Positions 1 through 8,289 of a DNA stretch of 64,000 nucleotides are shown piece after piece. The position numbers and the translations under genes are program-made. Each line of letters starts with the position of its first letter. Positions within the stretch are counted from its first letter, which is position 1. The notes under the pieces were generated by a model. That model searched no databases. It was given only the letters and a program-made list of their open reading frames with translations, and was not told where the DNA came from. Source of the stretch: Chitinivibrionales bacterium (GTDB taxonomy: Bacteria > Fibrobacterota > Chitinivibrionia > Chitinivibrionales > WJKA01); assembly GCA_014728215.1 (NCBI GenBank), contig WJLZ01000133.1:13129-77128 (forward strand), written 5' to 3'.

Positions 1-381
1 CAGGGGGTTGCGGAGGCAAAAGACAATTTTTTCTATTGAAGGGCAAAATTGCTCCCAAACATCGATAGTCAGGCAGGTGCGGGGATCTTTCACAATATCG
101 CCGTTGAAACTTTTGGAAAAGGCCTGGATAAAATGGCCGACCTGTTGTCCGATTGTGGCAATATTCTTGTGGGGAGGCGGAGTACACCAGGTACCGCCAG
201 CATGTTTCAGTATGGTCTCGTTAATCGCAATCGTCTGAAGGTTTTCGAAATGTCCTTTTGGATTAGTGGGATGCTTGTTGTCGTGAATCGGATGACTTGT
301 GCCCAGGCTGAGGCCGCATTTCTCCAGGAGACCCGAAATACAGCTGGTTCCGCTTCGATGCATGCCGGTAACAATAATCAT
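1..381 (-). CDS. sulfotransferase family protein, N-terminal 127 codons (3' end lies beyond the left window edge)
   Basis: Absent from the ORF track because it runs off the edge. Reverse-complement translation from the ATG at complement 379-381 reads MIIVTGMHRSGTSCISGLLEKCGLSLG...NPKGHFEN. The GxHRSGTS motif is the PAPS-binding 5'-PSB loop of bacterial sulfotransferases. The + strand ORFs 8-238 and 49-399 are antisense shadows. Confidence 0.55.
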   Translation of the reverse strand, partial: MIIVTGMHRSGTSCISGLLEKCGLSLGTSHPIHDNKHPTNPKGHFENLQTIAINETILKHAGGTWCTPPPHKNIATIGQQVGHFIQAFSKSFNGDIVKDPRTCLTIDVWEQFCPSIEKIVFCLRNPL

Positions 382-608
382 ACGGCAAATCCTTCGTAAA
401 ATGTTATTTTATACCATTATATATAGTTATCGGATATTTTGCAAAAAATCTTGATCGGAAATTAAATTATAGCCGTGTCGCCGTTTCGGACGTGCGCAGG
501 TGCTGGATGCTGGTTGCTTGTTTCCGGATGGTGAGAGAGATGCCTATCTCTCCGCTATCCAGCGACCGGAAACCGGCGAACGCCATCTTATTTTAACCTG
601 GGATAACC

Positions 609-986
609 ATGTCACGTAAATTACTCTCAAAGGGACAAGTCGAAGCCGCTATCAGTGATGCGGTGACAAAATTCGAGAAAGAATATATGGGGCGGGGTCC
701 GCTTGAAACCAGGACCTCTATCATTGGTGATATGGTGATCATCCGTCTGAAAGGGATTCTGACCAAGGCGGAGTTGAAGCTTTCAAAGGCCGAGCGACAG
801 GCAAAGGGGCGGGATCTGGTCAAGCAGATGCGTATCGAATTGATTGAGAGTAACCGTCCGATACTGGATGGCATGATTAAAACCATAGTCCGGCGTAAGG
901 TTGTCAGCCTCCATACAGACCTCAGCACCCAAACGGGCGAGCGAATTATTATTCTTATCCTGGATAAGCCGTTGTCGTTTGCTTGA
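609..986 (+). CDS. DUF2294 domain-containing protein
   Basis: 125 aa. The signature KFEKEYMGRGP...RLKG.LT.AE...GR.L.KQ.R..LIE..RP.L......I....V.SLHTDLST.TGERI matches my recollection of the DUF2294 family consensus. Confidence 0.75.
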   Translation: MSRKLLSKGQVEAAISDAVTKFEKEYMGRGPLETRTSIIGDMVIIRLKGILTKAELKLSKAERQAKGRDLVKQMRIELIESNRPILDGMIKTIVRRKVVSLHTDLSTQTGERIIILILDKPLSFA

Positions 987-1148
987 TACTTTTGCAGAGA
1001 TGTAATTTATTGCGTTATGGGGTTGATGTGGAGAGCGGTCGATATGGCTATCGGCCGGGCTGGTGCATAAGCCTAAGAGAGAAAATTTTATTCAGGTGAA
1101 TCAAGTCCGGTGTGGGCCGGTTTAGCCAGCGCAGGCGGGAATGGATTT

Positions 1149-1191
1149 CCTCAAAATGCCTTTTAAGGCAAGCGCATTTTGAGGTTTTTTT
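1149..1191 (+). terminator. rho-independent terminator-like hairpin with no adjacent gene end
   Basis: CCTCAAAATGC (1149-1159) pairs perfectly with GCATTTTGAGG (1174-1184) and is followed by a T7 run. It lies 160 nt downstream of the DUF2294 stop. Confidence 0.5.
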
Positions 1192-1397
1192 ATCTTAAGA
1201 AACAATTTTCGTTTGACAAGGTCGCTTTTGCCCGGCGGGAGAATGCAATATGGCAAACAGTAAACTCGAGCCATGAATATGGGAAATGAATCCAGGCTGT
1301 GAGGGCGTCGTGTCGGGTAAATTACATTCGTCCCGGTATCCGTCGGAGCGAAGGTGACAGGTGATTGGTACCGTAAAAAGTGCAGGAAAGTATTCTT

Positions 1398-1426
1398 ATT
1401 CGAATTTCGAATCTTGAAATTCGAAT
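1398..1426. promoter_or_regulatory. perfect 11-bp inverted repeat (ATTCGAATTTC-N7-GAAATTCGAAT) 28 nt upstream of accD
   Basis: Read directly: 1398-1408 is the exact reverse complement of 1416-1426. Candidate operator or 5'-UTR hairpin. Its function is inferred only. Confidence 0.35.
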
Positions 1427-1453
1427 CTACCTTGACAAAAGGATGGGTTCACT

Positions 1454-2287
1454 ATGGGTTGGTTCACAAAACCGAAGGATGAAAAAAAGGTAGTAAAAGA
1501 TGAACTCTGGATACGCTGTGGATCGTGCAAAGCCCATGTTTTCAAAGAAGACTGGACCAATAATTTAAGTGTTTGTCCCCGGTGCAATTTTCATGGCCGG
1601 ATTACTGCCTATGAGCGAATCGGACAGATTTTCGATACCGGTACGTTTAAAGAGATTCACCAGGAGATTACCCCTTCCGATCCGCTGACCTTTTCCGATG
1701 CCAAGGGTTCCTATACCGAAAAAGTAGCTGCATCCCGGAAAAAAACCAGTCTCAATGAATCGGTCATTACCGGCACGGGCGAGATCAATAAGAATTCGGT
1801 TGTGGTTGCGGTAATGGATTTCCGTTTTCTGGGCGGGAGCCTTGGAAGCGGGACTGGCGAAAAAATACTTCAGGCGGCAAATCTCGCCTATAATCATCGC
1901 CTTCCCTACATTATTTTTTCTGCCTCGGGTGGCGCACGCATGCACGAGGGGATGCTTTCACTGATGCAGATGGCCAAGACCTGTGCCGGGATTGCCCGTC
2001 TCGACCAACGAGGCCTTCCCTACATATCGGTCATGACCCATCCCACGACCGGTGGAGTGTCGGCATCTTATGCAATGGTCGGAGATGTCAACATCGCTGA
2101 GCCGGGCGCCCTGATCGGTTTTGCCGGACGGCGGGTTATCGAACAAACTATCAAACATAAGCTTCCCGATAATTTCCAGACAGCGGAATATCTTCTCGAA
2201 CATGGTTTTATCGATTGCATTGTGCAGCGGAAGGACATGAAAAATACACTTGCCGCATTACTCGCTTATTACAAGCCGAAATCTTAA
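1454..2287 (+). CDS. accD: acetyl-CoA carboxylase carboxyltransferase subunit beta
   Basis: 277 aa. N-terminal Zn-ribbon CGSC...CPRC, followed by a carboxyltransferase beta core (GGSLGS, SASGGARMHEG, ISVMTHPTTGGV). Confidence 0.93.
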   Translation: MGWFTKPKDEKKVVKDELWIRCGSCKAHVFKEDWTNNLSVCPRCNFHGRITAYERIGQIFDTGTFKEIHQEITPSDPLTFSDAKGSYTEKVAASRKKTSLNESVITGTGEINKNSVVVAVMDFRFLGGSLGSGTGEKILQAANLAYNHRLPYIIFSASGGARMHEGMLSLMQMAKTCAGIARLDQRGLPYISVMTHPTTGGVSASYAMVGDVNIAEPGALIGFAGRRVIEQTIKHKLPDNFQTAEYLLEHGFIDCIVQRKDMKNTLAALLAYYKPKS

Positions 2288-2302
2288 CCGGAGGCGCGTA
2301 TC

Positions 2303-3256
2303 ATGGAACCAACGCTGGAGTTTGAAAAACCAATTGTTGAAATCGAAAATATGATAGCCAAGCTCAAGAAGTTGTCGGAAGATAAAAAGGGAGATTTTAC
2401 CAATCAGATCAAGGAACTTGAGAAGGAGTGCGATGAGCACCGGAAAAAAATATACGAGAATCTGACACCCTGGCAGATTGTTCAGATCGCCCGCCATCCT
2501 AAAAGGCCGATTTTGGATGATTACATTTCGATAATGTTCAGCGAATTTTTCGAGCTTCACGGCGACCGGCGGTTTTCTGATGACCAGGCGCTTATCGGGG
2601 GTTTTGCTACTCTTGAAGGCCGCCGGGTTATGCTTATCGGCCATAATAAGGGCAGAAGTGTTGAGGATAATATCAAGCGTAATTTCGGCCAGGCCCGGCC
2701 CGAAGGCTACCGGAAGGCGATTCGCCTCATGAAACTTGCAGAAAAATTCCAAATTCCGGTGGTAACATTAATCGATACGCAGGGTGCGTTTCCGGGGAAG
2801 GATGCTGAAGAACGGGGTCAGCATGAGGCCATTGCGCGGAATCTCATCGAAATGGCCCAGCTCAAAGTTCCGGTTATCGCCTGTGTTATGGGTGAAGGCG
2901 GCAGCGGTGGGGCAATAGGAATCGGTGTTGGCGACGTTATACTGATGCTCCAGTATTCTATTTATTCGGTTATTACTCCTGAAGGGTGTGCGGCGATTCT
3001 GTGGCGTGATGCTGCAAAGGCGCCTGAAGCCGCCGAAGCGCTCAAGCTTACGGCACCATCACTGGTAGATCTGGGAATTGCCGATGAAATAATTCCTGAA
3101 CCGGCCGGCGGTGCACATCATGATTATCAAGCCACGGCAGAAAATGTTAAAAAAGCACTTGTTAAGCATATTAATAAATTAAATCGTTCATCCGGCCAGA
3201 AACTTGTGCAAAAACGATTTGAGAAGTATTCCAGTATCGGGATGTTTGCCAGTTAA
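2303..3256 (+). CDS. accA: acetyl-CoA carboxylase carboxyltransferase subunit alpha
   Basis: 317 aa. Motifs LEFEKPI.E, ARHPKRP, FELHGDR.F.DD.A..GG and GEGGSGGA. Starts 15 nt after accD. Confidence 0.93.
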   Translation: MEPTLEFEKPIVEIENMIAKLKKLSEDKKGDFTNQIKELEKECDEHRKKIYENLTPWQIVQIARHPKRPILDDYISIMFSEFFELHGDRRFSDDQALIGGFATLEGRRVMLIGHNKGRSVEDNIKRNFGQARPEGYRKAIRLMKLAEKFQIPVVTLIDTQGAFPGKDAEERGQHEAIARNLIEMAQLKVPVIACVMGEGGSGGAIGIGVGDVILMLQYSIYSVITPEGCAAILWRDAAKAPEAAEALKLTAPSLVDLGIADEIIPEPAGGAHHDYQATAENVKKALVKHINKLNRSSGQKLVQKRFEKYSSIGMFAS

Positions 3257-3267
3257 GGAGAATTTCC

Positions 3268-5277
3268 ATGTCTAAAAAGCACCAGCCAAAAAAAGAAGCA
3301 AAAGAAGAAAAACTGCACAAAATACCGCTTCGAATTACCGACACGACCTTTCGTGATGCACATCAATCATTATGGGCGACCCGGATGCGTACTGATGATA
3401 TCATGAACATTATCGATACGGTCGACAATGTGGGGTATTACTCACTTGAAGTATGGGGCGGTGCGACATTTGATGTCTGCCTCCGTTTTTTGCGGGAAAA
3501 CCCTTGGGAACGTCTGAGAATGATAAAATCCAAGGCAAAAAAAACCCCGCTTCAGATGCTTCTGCGTGGTCAGAATCTGGTTGGATATCGCAATTATGCC
3601 GACGATGTTGTGGATCGGTTTGTTGCCCTGGCCTGTGAAAACGGCATGGATATTTTCAGGGTTTTCGATGCACTCAACGATACAAGAAATCTTGAATCTG
3701 CCGTGAAAGCGGTTAAAAAGCATGGCGGTCATGCACAGGGAACGCTTTCCTATACCATAAGCCCTGTTCATACAATCGAAAAGTATATTGAGTATGCAAA
3801 GGAACAGGTTGCTATCGGAATCGATTCACTGGTCATTAAAGACATGGCGGGTATTCTGACTCCCTTTGCAGCAGAACGGCTGGTTGGTACGCTTATCAAA
3901 GAAGTGCGTGTTCCGATCCAGCTCCACTGTCATTCATCGAGTGGTATGGCCACGGCAACCTATGTCGAGGCGGTACGAGCAGGAGCAGGGGCGATCGATT
4001 GTGCAATATCCACCTTGGCCGGATTTTCTTCCCAGCCTCCGGTCGAGGCTCTGGCAACCATCTTTTCAGAAACCAGCTATTCTCCTGATCTCGATATGGA
4101 TGCGCTTCAGAAGGTCGCCACATTCATGGAAAGTCTGGCACCCAAACGGATCCAGCGGTCGGCTTCCAGGGCCGTGATCGATCCTCACATCCTGGTGCAT
4201 CAGATTCCCGGCGGTATGATTTCCAATTTTCGTTCCCAGCTGGATAAGCAGGGCGCCCTCGATAAGCTGCCCGAGGTTTTTGAAGAGGTGACCCGGGTAC
4301 GAAAAGATCTCGGATATCCGCCCCTGGTAACGCCAACAAGTCAGATTGTCGGGACTATGGCGGTTGTCAATGTAGTGACCGGGAAACGGTATAAAATGGT
4401 TCCTAATGAAGTGAAAGATTATGTGCGGGGCCTGTATGGACGATCTCCTGGACCCGTCGATCCGGAATTCGTTAAACAGATTATGGGAGATGAAAAACCT
4501 GTCGATCATCGGCCGGCCGATAATCTCCCGCCGATGCTTCCAAAGGCAACGGCAGGGCTTGATCCCGAACTAATCGAGCACGAAGAGGATATTCTTTCCT
4601 ATTGTGTTCTTCCGAAACCCTCGCTGGAGTATTTCAAATGGCGCAAGCTTCCGCCGGACCAGCGGCCGGAAATACCCGCCGATACCGAATTGCGTCAGAT
4701 GGGACAGGAAGAGCAAAAAATCGCTCAGTGTGAACAGGAGTCCGCTGCCCGGTCGAAAGTAGAAGAAAAAGTCAAACGCATCCTCGATCCGGTCGATTAT
4801 TCCGGAATCAGTGAGCTTCTGGCAAATGCGCAAGGAATCGCTTTTGATGAATTGGTTATCGCTAAAGGAGATTTTTCCCTGACGCTTCATGGTCCGGGCG
4901 CGGCGTCAAAATCCGCCCGGAGAAAATCGATTAAAGTGTCTGAATCGATTCGGCATCTTGGGACAAAAGACGTTGTCGAGGAAACATCCGCCGAAGCCCC
5001 CGGTGCACCGAAAAGTACTGCTGAACCGGAAACCGGCACATCAATAATATCCCCGCTGGTCGGGACATTCTACTCTGCCGCAGGACCGGGAAAGCCGCGG
5101 TTTGTCAGTGAAGGCGATATCGTTGAAAAGGGCGATAAGGTCTGTATTGTCGAAGCAATGAAACTGTTTAATGAAATTGAAGCTCCAATAAAATGCAGGA
5201 TTGTTAAGTTTCTCATTGCTGACGGCGAAAATGTGAAAAAGGACCAGCCGCTTATATCGATCGAAGAACTGCAGTGA
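3268..5277 (+). CDS. pyruvate/oxaloacetate carboxyltransferase (5S-type) fused to a C-terminal biotinyl carrier domain (OadA/PycB family)
   Basis: 669 aa. N-terminal TIM-barrel carboxyltransferase (ITDTTFRDAHQSL, HCHSSSGMA). Long charged linker. C-terminal biotinyl domain with EAMKL (the canonical biotinylation motif is AMKM). The sequence alone cannot separate oxaloacetate decarboxylase alpha, pyruvate carboxylase B and transcarboxylase 5S. Confidence 0.85.
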   Translation: MSKKHQPKKEAKEEKLHKIPLRITDTTFRDAHQSLWATRMRTDDIMNIIDTVDNVGYYSLEVWGGATFDVCLRFLRENPWERLRMIKSKAKKTPLQMLLRGQNLVGYRNYADDVVDRFVALACENGMDIFRVFDALNDTRNLESAVKAVKKHGGHAQGTLSYTISPVHTIEKYIEYAKEQVAIGIDSLVIKDMAGILTPFAAERLVGTLIKEVRVPIQLHCHSSSGMATATYVEAVRAGAGAIDCAISTLAGFSSQPPVEALATIFSETSYSPDLDMDALQKVATFMESLAPKRIQRSASRAVIDPHILVHQIPGGMISNFRSQLDKQGALDKLPEVFEEVTRVRKDLGYPPLVTPTSQIVGTMAVVNVVTGKRYKMVPNEVKDYVRGLYGRSPGPVDPEFVKQIMGDEKPVDHRPADNLPPMLPKATAGLDPELIEHEEDILSYCVLPKPSLEYFKWRKLPPDQRPEIPADTELRQMGQEEQKIAQCEQESAARSKVEEKVKRILDPVDYSGISELLANAQGIAFDELVIAKGDFSLTLHGPGAASKSARRKSIKVSESIRHLGTKDVVEETSAEAPGAPKSTAEPETGTSIISPLVGTFYSAAGPGKPRFVSEGDIVEKGDKVCIVEAMKLFNEIEAPIKCRIVKFLIADGENVKKDQPLISIEELQ

Positions 5278-5287
5278 AAGCTGGAGT

Positions 5288-5312
5288 ATTGATCCTGATA
5301 CGGCGGATCAAT
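5288..5312. terminator. hairpin between convergent genes (candidate bidirectional terminator)
   Basis: ATTGATCC (5288-5295) and GGATCAAT (5305-5312) form a perfect 8-bp stem with a 9-nt loop. AT-rich sequence flanks both sides. Confidence 0.4.
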
Positions 5313-5326
5313 ATTTCAACACATTT

Positions 5327-6220
5327 TCATTTACCCGAAACAAGATCGAAAAAGACCGTCATCTTCTTTAATTCCTGATCGATAGATCCTTTAATTTTTT
5401 CGATCACCTTCTGGTCGATGTTCAGTTTGGCAACAGACTGTTCATCCAGCTTCGGGGCCGCATAGGAACTGTCGATAACTATTCCGGTTTGATAACAGAG
5501 CCAGTCTGCATAGTGGCAGAGTGCAACAATATCGGAATATTCCTGACTTTCCGCAGGTGCATGGTGATGAATAAGTGGGAGCAGCAGTTCCTGGGGAAGG
5601 TTCCAGTCTTCGGTCAGCCAGCCGGCAATATCCACATGGGTGAATCCGAGAGCCTCTTTTTCCGCATCAAAAAAGGAAATATTTTTCTCCTGCGCAAGGG
5701 TCAGCGCTTTATGAAAATCTTCATGAAAGTACTGTTCCATGACAACTTTTCCAATATCATGCAGCAGTCCCGCACCGAACGCTTCCTCAGAATCAAAAAT
5801 AACAAAGGATTTCATGGTGTCGGCAAGTATGCGCGATATGAGCGCACAGCCTAAACAATGGCGCCAGAAAGCTTCGCGATTAAAAAGGCGGGAACCTTTG
5901 TCCTGGGGAAACATATCAAAGACCGTCAGACTGAGTACCATGGTGTTAATAACTTTCATACCCAGAATCACCACCGCTTGCTGGATACTTGTTATACTCC
6001 TGGGAATTCCGTAAAAAGCACTGTTTGCAAGCCGGAGCACTTTTGCCGATAATGACATGTCCTGGCTGACCAGAAAAGCAACGTCATTTGCCGATGTCGT
6101 CGGATCGTTGATCGTTGTTACAAGCCGTGATGCAATCTGCGGAAGTGTCGGCAGGTTGCTGATGCCGCTTACTTTTTCCTGGAGTTGAGCATAGTTCGAT
6201 AAGGCCATGAATTGTGCCAC
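5327..6220 (-). CDS. HDOD domain-containing signalling protein
   Basis: 297 aa. LPTLPQIASRL......TSANDVAFLVSQDMSLSAKVLRLANSAFYG, followed by an HD-related region (LLHDIGK). Confidence 0.85.
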   Translation of the reverse strand: MAQFMALSNYAQLQEKVSGISNLPTLPQIASRLVTTINDPTTSANDVAFLVSQDMSLSAKVLRLANSAFYGIPRSITSIQQAVVILGMKVINTMVLSLTVFDMFPQDKGSRLFNREAFWRHCLGCALISRILADTMKSFVIFDSEEAFGAGLLHDIGKVVMEQYFHEDFHKALTLAQEKNISFFDAEKEALGFTHVDIAGWLTEDWNLPQELLLPLIHHHAPAESQEYSDIVALCHYADWLCYQTGIVIDSSYAAPKLDEQSVAKLNIDQKVIEKIKGSIDQELKKMTVFFDLVSGK

Positions 6221-6352
6221 ACCTGTTGAATATTACCATTTTAATGGGCCGATTTTTAAAGTATATCTTCTCGGAATCATAATGTCCATTATTCAAAAAA
6301 GATTAAAAATCAAAGGTTGTTGCACATTTCTTATCTAAATGATTATTTTTAT

Positions 6353-6381
6353 TTGACATATTGTATACACTATGATATCAT
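6353..6381 (+). promoter_or_regulatory. candidate sigma70-type promoter for the first ompA-like gene
   Basis: TTGACA (6353-6358), a 17-nt spacer, then TATCAT (6376-6381), about 25 nt upstream of the ATG at 6406. The promoter rules of this lineage are unknown to me. Confidence 0.3.
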
Positions 6382-6405
6382 CCAAGTGCCTGATTTATAG
6401 GCTGG

Positions 6406-8265
6406 ATGGAGACTCTTATGACCACTTGCTTTTGCCGTTTGTCTATTTTTCTGTGTGTTTTTACGTCTGTTAGTTTAAGCGCTATTTCTCCCGCGCCCAT
6501 AATCAATCGCAACGGACAAACCGGTTTGTTCTATACTCATTCGGCCAAAACATTGCGTATGGGCCGTTTGGTGGTGAGTGCAAATACCGCGGCAAGTCTT
6601 GACAAGAATTTTATCCATGCCCTTAATGGTGATTCTTCCACCGATATCGGAATGTTTACCGCCAACCTGCTTCCAAGCATTGGCTATGGTGCCACTAATT
6701 TTCTGGATTTTTCGCTCACCATGCCGGTATACTGGGATAATATATTTATTGATGATGACGATCCGTTCGGACTTACCGGCAATTTTGGTGACCTCGAGTT
6801 AACCGGCAAGTTTCAATATCCGCCCTATCCTCACTCAACGGTATTCGAGGTTGCTTTTTTCGGCGGAATCAGTATTCCGACCGGGAGCAGAGATGACGGC
6901 TGGATACCTCGTCATACCTATTATTTCCGGGAGACCGATTCGGACACCGGCGATGTTACGGCAATGTATACGTCGAAAGCAACTGAACTCGATCTCAAGA
7001 TGCTATGGACACTGGATCTCAATCAGTTTCAACGAAAAGCGCCACTTCAACTGCATCTGAATTTCGGCGCCCGGTTTACCATGCATAAAGATCTGGATAA
7101 TCTGTTTCTGCTCAATCTCGGATTCGAATATCATCCTTCAAAGTGGTTTGGAATGTTTACCGAATTCAGCGGCGAAACCAAAGTGGGCAACGTCAAAGAC
7201 GGGTTCCGTCTCGGGGAAGATCCGATTCGCCTGTCGCCCGGAATTTCCTTTACCCCTCCCGGCGGTTTTTACATTACCCTTGGTGGAGATATCAATCTCT
7301 CAGCCGATTCGACCCATCATACCTATAACGTCGATAATAACCTCTTTGAGACAAATGTTGAGCCTCGATGGCGGGCGAATCTGACAATCGGATGGTGTGG
7401 TTTTATCCTTCCCCAGGATGAAGACAAGGATGGTATTAAAGATAATATCGATCGCTGTCCCAAGGACCCGGAAGATTTTGATGGATACGAAGATACCGAC
7501 GGCTGTCCCGATCTCGATAACGATATGGACGGCATATCCGATTTAGATGATAAATGTCCGACCGATCCTGAAGATAAGGATGGTTTTGAAGATGAAGATG
7601 GGTGTCCTGAGCTCGACAACGATAAAGACGGGGTTCCTGATCTGGAAGACAAGTGTCCTATGGCGGCTGAGGATGTCGACGGTTTTGAAGATGATGACGG
7701 CTGTCCCGATCTCGATAACGACATGGACGGTGTTCCCGATACATCCGATCAGTGTATGGCCGATCCTGAAGACAGAGACGGGTTTATGGATCACGACGGC
7801 TGTCCCGACCTGGATAACGATCAGGATGGTGTTCCCGATAGTGTGGATAAATGTCCTGATACAAAAGGTGTTCCCGAGAATAATGGATGTCCCATGCAGA
7901 AACCCAAGCCCAAGGAAATCAAGCGGGGCCGGGTTGTTCTCCGAGGTGTCAATTTTGAGTCCGGTAGCGCAGTGCTTACCGGCGATTCCTATCAGATTTT
8001 AGAAAAAGTATATGAGTCGCTTAAAGAATGGCCCGAGGTAAAAGTTGAGATCCGAGGCCATACCGACAGCATTGGAAGCAATAGCGCGAATAAGATTCTG
8101 TCTCAGAAACGGGCAGAAGCTGTTATGAATTATCTGGTAACCAGAGGAATAGATCCGTCCCGTCTGAGAGCGGTAGGCATGGGTGAAGAAGATCCCATTG
8201 CCAGCAACCGGACTGCGGACGGCCGGGCAATGAACCGGCGGGTAGAGTTGCACCGGATAGATTAG
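6406..8265 (+). CDS. OmpA family outer-membrane protein with thrombospondin type-3 repeats
   Basis: 619 aa. Signal peptide, roughly 330-aa beta-barrel-like N-domain, about 5 Ca-binding TSP3 units (DxDxDGxxDxxDxCP), and a C-terminal OmpA/MotB peptidoglycan-binding domain (GHTDSIGS...N..LSQKRAEAV, NRRVEL). Confidence 0.9.
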   Translation: METLMTTCFCRLSIFLCVFTSVSLSAISPAPIINRNGQTGLFYTHSAKTLRMGRLVVSANTAASLDKNFIHALNGDSSTDIGMFTANLLPSIGYGATNFLDFSLTMPVYWDNIFIDDDDPFGLTGNFGDLELTGKFQYPPYPHSTVFEVAFFGGISIPTGSRDDGWIPRHTYYFRETDSDTGDVTAMYTSKATELDLKMLWTLDLNQFQRKAPLQLHLNFGARFTMHKDLDNLFLLNLGFEYHPSKWFGMFTEFSGETKVGNVKDGFRLGEDPIRLSPGISFTPPGGFYITLGGDINLSADSTHHTYNVDNNLFETNVEPRWRANLTIGWCGFILPQDEDKDGIKDNIDRCPKDPEDFDGYEDTDGCPDLDNDMDGISDLDDKCPTDPEDKDGFEDEDGCPELDNDKDGVPDLEDKCPMAAEDVDGFEDDDGCPDLDNDMDGVPDTSDQCMADPEDRDGFMDHDGCPDLDNDQDGVPDSVDKCPDTKGVPENNGCPMQKPKPKEIKRGRVVLRGVNFESGSAVLTGDSYQILEKVYESLKEWPEVKVEIRGHTDSIGSNSANKILSQKRAEAVMNYLVTRGIDPSRLRAVGMGEEDPIASNRTADGRAMNRRVELHRID

Positions 8266-8289
8266 TACTTAACTAAGGGGAGCGCCTTT

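Noticed and set aside
8-399. Plus-strand ORFs 8-238 and 49-399 at the left edge.
   Set aside because: The minus strand encodes a sulfotransferase N-terminus with the HRSGTS motif, starting at 381. The plus-strand ORFs have no recognisable features.
7380-7870. Periodic nucleotide repeats of about 45-70 bp (GATGG..TT.GAAGAT...GACGGCTGTCCCGATCTCGATAACGA...), also at 9320-9830. They could be mistaken for a CRISPR-like or satellite array.
   Set aside because: They lie in frame inside the two OmpA-family genes and encode thrombospondin type-3 Ca-binding units (DxDxDGxxDxxDxCP). The units are degenerate and lack unique spacers.
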